A stretch of DNA of 64,000 nucleotides from Malacoraja senta (Eukaryota): assembly GCA_038087875.1 (NCBI GenBank), contig JAXLNO010001769.1, forward strand, positions 1 to 64,000, read 5' to 3'. The position numbers were made by a program, and so were the translations under genes. The notes under the pieces are model-generated. The model was not told where the DNA came from. It saw only the letters and a list, made by a program, of their open reading frames with translations, and did not search any database. The first letter of the stretch is position 1; each line of letters opens with the position of its first letter. Shown here piece after piece: positions 10,055-22,670 of the stretch.

Positions 10055-12550
10055 GACCCCCCCCCCCACACCACCCCACCACCCCCCCACCACACATCGC
10101 CTCGTCCCCATTACACCCACCTGCCTTCCTCCGGCCCCAACCCCCATCCCTGCCGGGTGTTCACCATCCCCCCCGACCTCCCCCTCTCCGACATCGAACG
10201 GTCTGTCCTCAGCAGAGGTCTTACCTTTGTCCCCCTCCGTCCCCATCTCAATGAGTTCCGTGCCCTCCATGACTTGGAACGCTTCTACCGTCGCCTCCGC
10301 CTCACAGCTCACTTCCATGGGAAGCAGTCCTCGCTCCCCACTGATGACCCCTTTTCCCGTCTCCAACGCACCCCATCCTCATGGAACCCCCCTCGCAGCC
10401 TTCCGGCTTTAGAACTCTTTATTAAAAACTGCCGCCGTGACATCAGCCGCCTCAACTTCTCCACTCCCCTGTCTCACTCCAATCTCTCCCCCCTTGAACG
10501 CACTGCCATCGACTCACTCCGCAACAACCTAGATTGGGTTATCAAACCCGCCGACAAGGGAGGTGCCGTGGTAGTCTGGCGCATCGACCTCTACAAAGCT
10601 GAGGCCACGCGCCAACTCTCGGACACCTCTTCCTACTTACCCCTGGACCATGACCCCACTGACGAGCACCAGGCCACCATCTCCAGCACCATTACCAACT
10701 TCATCCACTCCCACGCCCTGCCCGAACGAGCCTCCAACCTCATCGTTCCCCAGCCCCGCACAGCCCGCTTTTACCTTCTCCCCAAAATCCACAAACCTGA
10801 CTGTCCCGGTAGACCCATTGTCTCTGCCTGTTCTTGCCCCACCGAACTCATCTCCACCTACCTCGACTCCATACTATCCCCCTTGGTTAAATCCCTCCCC
10901 ACCTATGTTCAAGACACCTCAGACACTCTCCGTCATCTCCGCGCATTCCACTCTCTAGGCCCTCACCCCCTCATCTTCACCATGGACGTCCAGTCACTGT
11001 ACACCTCCATCCCCCACCAGGATGGTCTCAAAGCCCTCCGTTTTTTCCTCGACCGTAGAAGCAATCTATACCCGGCCACTGACACCCTCCTCCGCCTAGC
11101 GGAGCTGGTACTTACACTTAATAACTTTTCATTTGACTCCTCCCATTTCCTCCAAATACAAGTCGTAGCTACGGGCACACACATGGGCCCCAGCTACGCC
11201 TGCCTCTTTGTCGGGTACGTAGAACAATCCCTGTTCAATGCGTACCAGGGCCCCATCCCAGACCTCTACCTCCGCTACATCGATGATTGTTTTGGTGCCA
11301 CATCCTGCACCCACACACAACTGACTGACTTCATCCGCTTCACCACCAACTTCCATCCGGCACTCAAATACACCTGGACCATTTCCGACACTTCCCTACC
11401 ATTCCTTGACCTCACTATCTCCATCGCAGGTGATAGACTCCTTACCGACATCCACTACAAACCTACCGACTCCCATGGCTATCTGGACTACACTTCTTCC
11501 CACCCTGCTTCCTGTAAGGACTCCATCCCCCACTCCCAATTCCTCCGTCTACGCCGCATCTGCTCCCAGGATGAGGCGTTCCACACCAGGGCATCTGAAA
11601 TGTCCTCATTCTTCAGGGAACGGGGGTTCCCCTCCTCCACCATAGATGAGGCTCGCACCAGGGTCTCTGCCATACCCCGCAACACTGCTCTCTCTCCCCA
11701 TCCCCCCACTCACAACAAAGGCAGAGTCCCCCTAGTCCTCACCTTTCACCCCACCAGCCGTCACATACAACAAGTGATCCTCCGTCAGTTCCGCCACCTC
11801 CAACGTGACCCCACCACTCGCCACATCTTCCCATCTCCCCCTATGTCTGCCTTCCGCAAAGACCGCTCCCTCCGTAACTCCCTTGTCAATTCTTCCCTTC
11901 CCTCCCATACCACCCCCTCCCCTGGTACTTTCCCTTGCAACCGCAAGAGATGCAACACTTGTCCCTTCACTTCCCCCCTCCACTCCATTCCAGGACCCAA
12001 GCAGTCGTTCCAGGTGCGACAGAGGTTCACCTGCATCTCCTCCAACCTCATCTATTGCATTCGCTGCTCTAGATGCCAGCTGATCTACATCGATGAGACC
12101 AAGCGGAGGCTTGGCGATCGTTTCGCAGAACACCTCCGGTCGGTCCGCAATAACCAACCTGAACTCCCGGTGGCTCAGCACTTCAACTCCCCCTCCCATT
12201 CCGTATCTGACCTCTCTGTCCTGGGTCTCCTCCATGGCCACAGCGAGCAACACCGTAAATTGGAGGAAATGCACCTCATATTCCGCTTGGGCAGTCTACA
12301 TCCTGGTGGCCTGAACGTTGAATTCTCCCAATTCTGCTAGCCCTGGCTGTCCCCTCCCCTTCATCAGCCATCTGGTTGTCTCCGCCTCTCCCCCAGCCCT
12401 CGGGCTCCTCCTCCTCCTTTTCCTTTTTTCCTTTCTTCTCCCCACCCCCTATCAGTCTGAAGAAGGGTTTCGGCCCGAATCGTTACCTATTTCCTTCGCT
12501 CCATAGATGCTGTTGCACCCGCTGAGTTTCTCCAGCATTTTTGTGTACCA
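10055..12550 (+). mobile_element. Penelope-like retroelement, 5'-truncated, with pLTR
   Basis: Contains the 10157-12340 ORF and ends in the pLTR (12340-12550). Confidence 0.95.
10157..12340 (+). CDS. Penelope RT plus GIY-YIG endonuclease ORF (727 aa, starts at a GTG, N-terminus probably missing)
   Basis: IKPADKGG, LPKIHK…GRPIVS, FTMDVQSLYTSIP, YLRYIDD, FLDLTI, YKPTDS, CNRKRCNTC, NLIYCIRC…YIDETKR, HFNSPSHS. Confidence 0.9.
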   Translation: MFTIPPDLPLSDIERSVLSRGLTFVPLRPHLNEFRALHDLERFYRRLRLTAHFHGKQSSLPTDDPFSRLQRTPSSWNPPRSLPALELFIKNCRRDISRLNFSTPLSHSNLSPLERTAIDSLRNNLDWVIKPADKGGAVVVWRIDLYKAEATRQLSDTSSYLPLDHDPTDEHQATISSTITNFIHSHALPERASNLIVPQPRTARFYLLPKIHKPDCPGRPIVSACSCPTELISTYLDSILSPLVKSLPTYVQDTSDTLRHLRAFHSLGPHPLIFTMDVQSLYTSIPHQDGLKALRFFLDRRSNLYPATDTLLRLAELVLTLNNFSFDSSHFLQIQVVATGTHMGPSYACLFVGYVEQSLFNAYQGPIPDLYLRYIDDCFGATSCTHTQLTDFIRFTTNFHPALKYTWTISDTSLPFLDLTISIAGDRLLTDIHYKPTDSHGYLDYTSSHPASCKDSIPHSQFLRLRRICSQDEAFHTRASEMSSFFRERGFPSSTIDEARTRVSAIPRNTALSPHPPTHNKGRVPLVLTFHPTSRHIQQVILRQFRHLQRDPTTRHIFPSPPMSAFRKDRSLRNSLVNSSLPSHTTPSPGTFPCNRKRCNTCPFTSPLHSIPGPKQSFQVRQRFTCISSNLIYCIRCSRCQLIYIDETKRRLGDRFAEHLRSVRNNQPELPVAQHFNSPSHSVSDLSVLGLLHGHSEQHRKLEEMHLIFRLGSLHPGGLNVEFSQFC

Positions 12551-15500
12551 GTGGATAGGACTGTTCGGTACTTTGTAACTTTGTCTGCGCCAACACATGA
12601 CGACATATTTGTACTGCCTAGGTTCAGTTTAATTTATTGTCACGTGTACCGAGATACAGTGAAAAGCTTTTTGTTGCTTACTAACCAGTCAGTAGAAAGA
12701 CAATACATGATTACAATCAATGCATTTACAGTGTAGAGACACATGATAAAGGAATAATGTTTAATGCAAGGTGAAGCCAGCAAAGTCCGGTCAAGGATAG
12801 ACTGAGGTTGTGTGGAAAACAAAGCATTTCACTATACACAGATACCTTGGGTACATGTGACAATAGAGTATCATTCAATCATTCTTTCATTCATCAGTCC
12901 TATTCCTCCCAATTTATTTTCCATATAACACTGGCACCCATGGCCGCCAATGCTCCTTTGATTTTCTTTGCCATTTACGTGTGTTGATCTGGCAAATGGG
13001 TTTTGTGAAGTACAGCACAGTGGTGCAATGGTAGAGAGTTGCTACCTCATAGCGCCAGAGACCCAGGTTCAATCCTGACTTCAGGTCTGTCTAGGTGGAG
13101 TTTGCACATTTTCACTGTGAGTTTCCTCCAGGTGTTCCGGTTTCCTCCCACAACACAAAGGCATGCAGCTTTGTAGGTTAATTGGCCTATGTAAATTGCC
13201 CCTAGTGTATAAAGAGTGGACAAGAAAGTGGAATAACTAGAGTGAATGGGAGATCAATGGTCAGCATGGACTCAGTGGGCCGAAGGGCTTGTTTCCGCTA
13301 TAACTCTAAACTAACCTTAACACCCACTAAAATTACTGATTTATTGCAAGTAGCTAGATTCAAAACTATTTAAACTACTGAAGACGGGTCCTGACTCAAA
13401 ACATTACCTGTCCATTCCAGCCACGGATGCTCCCTGACTCACTGAGTTCCTCCAGTATTTCATTGCTCAAGATTCCAACATGTCTCGATATATAACTACT
13501 TGTTTGAATAACACTGTTGTTTGGTATTTTTATGATCTTTTTACGGTAGAATTGCATGCTGAAATGTTCATACCTTGAACATAGTTGAAAAGGATAGTAA
13601 TTCATTAATGCATGCAGGAATAGTATTATTAAAATTGACTTTAGTAAAATACCGAATACACTGGCAATATGCAGTAGGTCAGGCCGCATCTGTGGGCAGG
13701 AAAGCAGAGCTAATGTTTCAGGCCAGAGACCCTTCAGGACTGGGAAGGAGGAGAAAGAAGAAAGGAGGAACTGAAGATGCTGGTTAACATAAAAAGATAC
13801 AGTGTTGGAATAACTCAGTGGGACAGGCAGCATTACTGGAGAGCGTGGGATGCTAAGGTTTTGGGTCAGGACCATTCTTCAAACTGATTGTGGGGGTAAA
13901 TAAAGCTAGAAGAGAGGAGGGGCAGAACAAAGTATGGCAGATGATAGGTGATAGATACCAAAATGAGAGAGCAGTCCTGAACTACTATCTGCATCATTGG
14001 TGACCCTCGTACTTTCTTTGATCGGACTTTACTGGCTTTACCTTGCACTAAATGTTATTCCCTCACCATGTATCTCTACACTGTAAATTGTTAGTTTGTA
14101 ATCATGTATTGTCTTTACGCTGACTGGTTAGCAGGCAACAAAAGCTTTTCACTGTACCTCTGTACACGTAACAATAAACTAAACTAAAATGTTGCAGAGA
14201 GGATTTTCCGACAGGCAAATGATTGGACAAAGGCCAGAGATGAAAAGACAAAAGGAATTAAAGAATGGTGAATTGTGAAAATAGAGGAATGGATGAAGGG
14301 GACGGGGGAGGGCAGAAATAGATGCAAGTCCAGATGGGGCACAGGGGAGGGCAAGAAATGGGGGGGTAGGTTACCTAAAATTCTCATCACTTCCCACCCA
14401 AACCATCGCATCCCAGGTAATCTCCCCTGCAACTGCGGATGTAACATCTATTCCTGTACCTCCTCTGTGGTCTGCCTCGAGGGACCACAGCAGCCCTTCT
14501 AGGTGAGACGAGGTTCATGTACACCTTCTCTAAACTGATCTATTGCATCCGGTGTTCCCAATGTGGCCTTCTGTATATCGACGAGACCAAGCATTGACTC
14601 CACGACCATTTCGCCGAAAATATGCACTTGATCTGCCATGGACTTCTGCACTGGATCTCCTGGTTGCTAACCATTTGAACTTCCTTTCCCATTGCCATAT
14701 TGACCTTTCTGTTTTGGGTCTCCTCCATTGCCAGTGTGAGGTCACATGCAAACAGCCCCTAACATTCTTCTTGGGTAGCTTTCAACCTGATGGTGTGAAC
14801 ATTGAACTCGCCAAATTTAGGAAACCTAAGCCCTACTCTCCTCCTCCTCCCCTTTCTCCCCCACACCCATATTTCTCCCCACTGTTGCCCCCCTCCCCTG
14901 TAGCCCACCTGGACTAGCACCTATTTCCCTCCTCATCCCCTTCCTTCTAAATTTGCCATTTGCAACTTTTCAATTATTTTGTTGCGCACCTTCTGTATTT
15001 TTAACTCTGGCCCTTGTCCAATAATCTCCCTATCAACTCCCCCCATTACCGCCTCCTCACCTATGTCCACATATTACCTGCCCCTCCTTTCATCCAGTTA
15101 ATTTCATCTCCCCCTCCCCCTTCCCCCTCTACAATGCCCATACCAACCCGCCCCCCAACCTCCCACCATTAGTCTGAAGAAGGATCCTGTTCCACAACAC
15201 CACATATCCATGTTTTCCAATGATACTGCCTGACCCGTCGAGTTGTCCCAGCACTTTGTGTCTTTTTCCAGGAGAAAAAAAAGAAGCATGTTAAGCTGCA
15301 GGAAGTGTGGGGGAGGGAGAATGTCTTTCAATGATAGACACAGAAAGCTGGAGTAACTCAGCGGGACAGGCAGCATCTCTGGAGAGAAGGAATGGGTAAC
15401 GTTTCGGGTCGAGACCCCTTTTCAGACTTTCCAAGCCTTATCTGGTAGAATTTAATGAGATAGACATCTGTTTGTGGTCGAATGCATTATCTGAAAGCTG

Positions 15501-15829
15501 AATGTAAATTGTACTGTTAAGGCTTTACAATATGTCATTGGTAAAAATGTGCATGGATTGAGCATATGGGCTTAATTGTCCTCCTGCTTTGAAGGAAAGC
15601 TCACAGCATGTCTCAATTGCATGTCAACCTAGTATCATAAAAACAACTACTGTAGGAACTCAGGTGGTAGAGGAACATCTTTGTAAGAAGGAACTGCAGA
15701 TGCTGGTTTACACTGAAGATAGACACAAAATGCTGGAGTAACTCAGTGCAGCATTTCTGGCAAAAAGAAATAGGTGACATTTCAGGTTGAGACCTTTCCT
15801 CACATCTTCAAGAGTCAAGAGTATTATAG

Positions 15830-16575
15830 ACAATAGACAATAGGTGCAGGAGTAGGCCGTTCGGCCCTTCGAGCCAGCACCACCATTCAATGTGATCATG
15901 GCTGATCGTCCCCAATCAGTACCCCGTTCCTGCCTTCTCCCCATATCGCCTGACTCCGCTATTTTTAAGAGCCCTATCTAGCTCTCTCTTGAAAACATCC
16001 AGAGAACCTGCCTCCACCGCCCTCTGAGGCAGAGAATTCCACAGACTCACCACTCTCTCTGATAAAAAGTGTTTCCTCGTCTCCGTTCTAAATGGCTTAC
16101 TCCTTATTCTTAAACTGTGGCACCTGGTTCTGGACTCCCCCAACATCGGGAACATGTTTCCTGCCTCTAGCGTGTCCAAGCCCTTAACAATCTTATATGT
16201 TTCAATGAGATGCCCTCTCATCCTTCTAAACTCCAGAGTGTACAAGCCCAGCTGCTCCATTCTCTCAGCATATGACAGTCCCGCCATCCCGAGAATTAAC
16301 TTTGTAAACCTACGCTACACTCCCTCGATAGCAAGAATGTCCTTCCTCAAATTAGGGGACCAAAACTGCACACAATACTCCAGGTGTGGTCTCACTGGGG
16401 CTCTGTACAACTGCAGAACGACCTCTTTGCTCCTATATTTGATTCCTCTTGTTATAAAGGCCAACATGCCATTCGCTCTCTTCACTGCCTGCTGTACCTG
16501 CATGCTTACTTTCATAGACTGATGTACAAGGACCCCCAGATCCCGTTGTACTTCCCCTTTTCCCAACTTGACTCC
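15830..16575 (-). mobile_element. CR1 LINE 3' fragment
   Basis: RPHLEYCVQFWSPNLRKDILAIEGV and GLYTLEFRRMRG…WNSLPQRAVEA, with a (ctattgt)n tail. Confidence 0.93.
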
Positions 16576-16741
16576 AGTTAGATAGTGTTTTATTGTCATA
16601 TGTCCCAGATAGGACAATGAAATTCTTACTTGCTGCACAACAGAAGGGAATGAAATTTGGAGGGAATTAAGTTTTTCACAATGATTTTTAACTGGTACAG
16701 TAAGTCACTTCTATTATTCATAAACCATTTGCTGGAGTCTG

Positions 16742-18434
16742 TAGCAATGTTACAAAATTTTGAGATTTTAAAAATCAAGTCTGCAATTTATCCCATCAGA
16801 TAAAGCATAAAAGAAGTTTAATTTGACACCTAATTCACTTTCATATCTTCAGTATTAAAAAAGTTATGGCCATTTTCATACTCGTAAATTAGTATCTAGT
16901 TCCCTATTGCTTTTCCATTGACTTAACACAAAAGCTGTGATCGAGGACAGTCAAAAGCCCATAACGTTCTTAGAAATTAAAGGCCTGTCTCACGAGTTTG
17001 CGATCATTGGCGGTGAAACAGGAAGTATCTACCGCTCGTGGACCGCCAGAGACCGCGGGTTCGGTCAAATGCACTCTACCGGGGCCGTGCGGCGTTGGTC
17101 CCAACACCGCACGGTGCTCACAAAAAAACAACAATGTTGAAAAATCTTTTCCTACCGCACAGCCGCCGCCAGCGAGGCACAAGTGCAGCACGGGCACCGC
17201 CACTGCCGCCGCCAGTGCGGCTCGAGCGCCGTGAGTCCAACTTTCACCGCCACAGCCGCCGCCAGTGAGGCAAGTGTGCGGCACGGGCACCGCCACAGCC
17301 GCCGCCAGTGAGGCACGTGTGCGGCACGGGCACTGCCACAGCCGCCGTCACAGCGCCGCGATCACCACTACCGCCGCCACAGCCCCGCGATACGAAATGA
17401 CGTCATCGCGTAGCGCGTCGCATTGCGCGATAATGTCATAGCGTAGCGCGTCGCGTTGCGTGATGTCGTCATCACCCGACGCCGCAGGCTCGTGGAACCG
17501 GCCGTAAGGAGATCACTCGGCCCCCGCGCAGCATCCGTGCGGCGCTCTCGCGGTTGTCATGCGGTCCCCTCTTCCGGCGATGCCGCGCTTCACCGCCAAT
17601 GACCGCAAACCTGTGGGACAGAGCCTTAAAGAGAACTTAATGAAATTTTCAGTTATTATAGATTGAAGCATTCTGAAACAAATATGAAACAATCTTACTT
17701 AGATGACCTGAAATTAAAGCATATAATTAGTTAGTTACCCAATTGTAGCTAATTACAAAATTCAATTACTAGATCTAAATATCTATCCATTTCTTAAGAA
17801 AAAGTTAACATTTTTAAAAAGCCTAAGTGTCCAAATAACATTCACACAAGAATTCACAATAAAACATTATTTTTTAATCTCATTGTCATTAATTTATAGG
17901 CCAAATGGAAGGAATTTAGTGTTTAATTCCTGTAAATTAATGGCCATTTAAATCATCTTGCGAGTGGGATTTTGTGGAACGCGCTGGTTTGGAACGTTGC
18001 GGTTACACTGAATTAAACCCCAATATCGGCAGGAAAAATACTGCCGGTTGGTATATTTACATAATCACATTTTCGCAACTTGAAATTTTTATTAAAGGCA
18101 TCCTAAGAAGCAAGTTTATATGAAAAAATAAACGGTGTACCTTGCCTTGTCCCGTGCGTGAAATCCGTCCCGTTGTCGGCGTTGACGGCATTTGAAGATG
18201 ATTTTAATTTTACTCCAACAATTAAATTATAAAGCGCTAATTTTAATAAACTTAATAAAACGGCAGTCGAAGCGATTTTTCTTCATCAACTATTTAACCT
18301 GTTCAAGATCGTTTAGAACAGGCTGCCGAAATATCGCATTTTAAACCCGCCCCCCTCTCAAAGGCGCCAAAGTCGCGCACACGGGCAGTGACAGAACTGC
18401 AGCGCCGCTGAAGGAAAGTTTTGTAACATACCTA
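16742..18434. mobile_element. Non-autonomous TIR DNA transposon with TAG…CTA ends and an apparent 7-bp TSD
   Basis: TIRs TAGcaATGTTACAAAA and TTTTGTAACATacCTA; flanks GAGTCTG (16735-41) and GAGTATG (18435-41); no coding capacity seen. Confidence 0.65.
16981..17626. mobile_element. PIF/Harbinger-type MITE nested in the 16742-18434 element
   Basis: Imperfect TIRs of about 40 bp (aggcctgtctcac…gcgatcattggcggtgaa and ttcaccgccaatgaccgc…gtgggacagagcct), TAA on both sides, and internal GC/CpG-rich tandem repeats. Confidence 0.8.
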
Positions 18435-19469
18435 GAGTATGTAGTAATATTTTCAAAACAATATTTGAAATGACATAAGACCAAGACTGCATGAGAACAT
18501 TTTCTGATACAGTTTAGGATTTGGCAGGAAATGCTAAAAATATGGTTTGGCACGGTGGTGCAGTGGCTGATCTGCTGCCTTACAGCGCAAGGACCCGGGT
18601 TTGATCCTGACTACGGTTTCAGTCTGCAAGGAGTTTGTACGTACTTCCTATGACAGGCGCAGGTTTCCTCCGGGTGCTCCGGATTCCTCCCACACTCCAA
18701 TGACATACCAATTTGCTCAGTAAAATTCTAAATTGTCCCAAGCGTGCATAGAATAGTGATAGTGTGCGGGGATCGCTGGTCGGCGAGGATTCGGTGGGCT
18801 GAAGGACCGGTTTCTGCACTGTATCTCTAAATTAAACTAAATACCCAGAAAGGAAGGAAAAGTTCAAGCCTAAGGAGAGGAAATCTGAATTCACGTTCTA
18901 GACCTTCATCATTTAATTTGGCAACTAAATTGTTGCAACTCTATTTACCTCCACAGATGCTGTTGGATCATTTCCAACATGTTATATTTCTGTGTCAAGT
19001 TTATAGCAACATGTCATTATTTTACCTTATTTTCCACTGAAAATGGAAAGGTTGTTTGATAGATTTGTAATGTAATCATAGCCTAGAACATGGGTCTTTT
19101 GCTGATTAATATTGAGAGTCGAGTCCAGCAATACATTCCTCAGGGCTTGAGCAATTGTGCTCTTGACCTGCTGTGAATTTATCAGAGAGAAGAGTAAGGA
19201 TGTGTAAAAGTGTAGTTATGCCGGCTGAAGTATGTACATTTTTGAGATGGTAGAGAAAATGGGAAGATGAATCACTTCTGTTCAGAAGACATTTAACAAG
19301 GTTACACTTAAAGTGTTTATAAACATTTGTGAGGTAGGATCAGGTTATTTGACTGGAAGGTAATTTTCCCCAAGTGAATGTGGGTGGTGGGAAAATTGAG
19401 AGAGGAGATTAATTGGAATGTGAGATTTACATGGAAACATAGAAAATACTGTAGGTGCAGGAGTAGGCA

Positions 19470-19940
19470 CGTAAGCCAGACCCGTTTAACCCCCTGGAGA
19501 TGGTCTGTAGTGATACCTTCTAACGAGGTTTTATGTAACTAACAATATTGCTAGTTCAGAGTCTATAAGGCTCTTAGGGACCTTAACATTCTGGTGTAGA
19601 TGTGTGACCCCACACAACCCAAGGTCCATGGGATATGCAAACATCTAGTTTGACCTTATGCCCCTGGTCTACTCTGCTTGACTAAGTCATAAACATAAAA
19701 CCTTATTATTGCCCGCAGATCTTCCTATCCAGTGTTAACTTATGCAATGACTGGACCCGTTGCGCTGAACTCAGCGCCATGAGCATAATCACTAGTAAGT
19801 GAGTTTGACCAAGGACAGGGATGTAGCTGGAGCCCACCGGCGAATTGACGTAGCACAATGTTAATAACCCATATCTCTACGTCCCTAGGCCTGGGAGGTT
19901 TTGAGTTGAAGATACCCTTCATAATCTAGATGTCAGAAGG
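19470..19940 (-). mobile_element. DIRS tyrosine-recombinase fragment
   Basis: MKGIFNSKPPRPR…IW matches LMKGIFNSKPPKPRY..IWDV in the DIRS element at 60460-60681. Confidence 0.8.
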
Positions 19941-20490
19941 TGAAGACTGCGCCAGCACGCATGCTGATCATCCAAAATCAGTACCCCGTTCCTGCTTTTT
20001 ACCCATACCCTTGATTCCATTAGCCCTAAGAGCTAAATCTAACTCTATCTTGAAAACATCCAGTGAATTGGTCTCCACTGCCTTCTGTGGCAGAGAAGAC
20101 CACAGATATACAACTCTCTGGGTGAAAATGTTTTTCCTTATCTCATTCCTAAATGGTCTATCCCTTATTTTTAAACTATGACACAAGTTTCTGTGTTCGA
20201 TGACTTTATTCTCCTCAGTGATTTGGTGCACACGTTAATAGTTTAGTTTAGAGATATAGAGCAGAAACAGGCCCTTTGGCCCACCGAGTCTGCACCGGCC
20301 AGCGATTCATGCACCTTAACGCTACCCTACACACAAACCTGGGACAATTTAATATTTACACCAAGCCCATTAACCTATAAACATGTATGTCTTTGGAGTG
20401 TGGGAGGAAATCGATGGTCTTGGAGAAAACCCATGCAGATCACAGGGAGAACGTACAGACTCCATACAGACAGCACCTATAGTTAGGATC

Positions 20491-20625
20491 GAACCCGGGT
20501 CTCTGGCACTGTGAGGCAGTCACTCTACCAGGTCTACAGAACCCGGGTCTCTGGCACTGTGAGGCAGTCACTCTACCAGGTCTACAGAACCTGGGTCTCT
20601 GGCACTGTGAGGCAGTCACTCTACC
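20491..20625. repeat. 48-bp tandem repeat (about 2.8 copies) inside a minus-strand SINE
   Basis: Unit gaacccgggtctctggcactgtgaggcagtcactctaccaggtctaca starts at 20491, 20539 and 20587. Confidence 0.92.
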
Positions 20626-20654
20626 TCTACTGCACCGTGCCACCCATAATAGTG

Positions 20655-21590
20655 CTGCCCAAAAGTCAAGAGAGTTTTTTTGTCATGTGTCCCAGATAGG
20701 ACAATGAATTCTTGCTTGCTGCAGCACAACAGAATATGTAAACATAATACAGAGATAAAAGTTCATGTGTGTCTATATACCATAGACCATATATATATAT
20801 ACACAATAAATAAACATTTAAAGTGCAATAGGCTGTTATTGTTCAGAGTTTGTTTGATGTCGTGTTTAATAGCCTGATGGCTGTGGGGAAGAAGCTGTTC
20901 TTGAACCTGGATGTTCCAGATTTCAAGCTCCTGCACCTTCTTCCTGATGGCAACGGAGAGATGAGTGTGTGGCCAGGATGGTGCGGGTCTGTTGGCAGCC
21001 AGTTTGAGGCAGCGACTGCGATGGATCCCTTCGATGGAAGGGAGGTCAGAGCCGAAGATGGACTGGGCAGTAGTCACAAACTTTGTGGATTCTTTTCCGC
21101 TCCTGGACGTTCAAGTTGCCGAACCCAGCCACGATGCAACCAGTCAGCATGCTCTCTACTGTGCACCTGTAGATGTCCGAGAGAGTCCTCCTTGACATAC
21201 CAACTCTCCGTAAACTTCTCAGGAAGTAGAGGCGCTGCTGTGCCTTCTTTATGATTGCATCAGTGTGTTGGGACCTGGAAAGATCTTCGGAAATACGCAC
21301 GCCCAGGAATTTGAAGTTCTTGACCCTTTCCACCATCGTCCCAGGATATAAACGGGATTGTGGGTTCCTATCCTACCTCTTCCAAAGTCCACAATCAGTT
21401 CCTTGGTTTTACTGGTGTTGAGGGCCGGGTTATTGTGCTGGCACCATTTGGTCAATCGGTCGATCTCACTAATATACTCTGACTCATCACCATCAGTGAT
21501 TCGTCCCACAACAGTGGTGTCGTCGGCGAACTTGATGATGGAGTTCGGACTACGTCTGGCTACGCAGTCATGAGTTTAGAGTGAGTACAG
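20655..21590 (-). mobile_element. Rex1/Babar LINE 3' fragment
   Basis: KFADDTTVVGRIT DGDESEY, LNTSKTKELIVDF, FKFLGVRISEDLS…KKAQQRLYFLRSLRR…YRCTVESMLTGCI. Confidence 0.92.
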
Positions 21591-22014
21591 AAGAACAGTT
21601 TTCTTGTTTTTCAGTCATCAATATTCTCACTAGAATGGGCCATAAAAAAGTACTTCCTGTGGAAAAAGTTCAGTAATTTGGGGGAAAAATATTTAAACTA
21701 ATTGGTCAACTAAATTGTAAAAGACAATGTGAAAAGAATACACATGTGATCCATGAACTAGTTCAAAGAGCTGCCTTGCCTCAGGCACCATCCACTGAAT
21801 GCTGCCGAGTGGTGTATTGTGGAATACTTTGTAAGATTGCATGGAATAAAAATATACATCAATCATAATTAATTTAAATGGCACAGAGGATGCCAGGTTT
21901 TATTTACACTCTGTTGTGTTAAAGAAGGAACTGCAGATGCTGGAAAATCGAAGGTACACAAAAATGCTGGAGAAACTCAGCGGGTGCAGCAGCATCTGTG
22001 GAGCGAAGGAAATA

Positions 22015-22050
22015 GGCAACGTTTCGGGCCGAAACCCTTCTTCAGACTGA
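22015..22050 (-). ncRNA. Minimal type I hammerhead ribozyme motif in a Penelope pLTR (best-preserved copy)
   Basis: The minus strand reads ucagu-CUGAAGA-a-GGGU(UUCG)GCCC-GAAAC-GUU-gcc: core, helix II with a UUCG loop, and palindromic ACGU in place of helix III. Helix I is weak. Confidence 0.6.
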
Positions 22051-22670
22051 AAGGGGGTGGGGAGAAGAAAGGAAAAAAGGAAAAAAGGCGGAGGAGGAGC
22101 CCGAGGGCTGGGGGAGGGGAGGAGACAACCAGAGGGCTGATGGAGGGGAGGGGACAGCAAGGGCTAGCAGAGTTGGGAGAATTCAATGTTCAAGCTACCA
22201 GGATGTAGACTACCCAAGCGGAATATGAGGTGCATTTCCTCCAATTTACAGTGTTGCTCGCTGTGGCCATGGAGGAGACCCAGGACAGAGAGGTCAGATA
22301 CGGAATGGGAGGGGGAGTTGAAGTGCTGAGCCACCGGGAGGTCAAGTTGGTTATTGCGGACCGACCGGAGGTGTTCGTCGAAACGATCGCCAAGCCTCTG
22401 CTTGGTCTCACCGATGTAGATCAGCTGGCATCTAGAGCAGCGGATGCAATAGATGAGGTTGGAGGAGATGCAGGTGAACCTCTGTCGCACCTGGAACGAC
22501 TGCTTGGGTCCTTGGATGGAGTCGAGGGGGGAGGTGAAGGGACAAGTGTTGCATCTCTTGCGGTTGCAAGGGAAAGTACCCGGGGAGGGGGTGGTACGGG
22601 AGGGAAGGGAAGAATTGACAAGGGAGTTACGGAGGGAGCGGTCTTTGCGGAAGGCAGACATGGGGGGAGA

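Noticed and set aside
9545-10412. Overlapping 273-aa and 150-aa ORFs
   Set aside because: Antisense or off-frame readings of the C-rich Penelope 5' region and SINE pieces.
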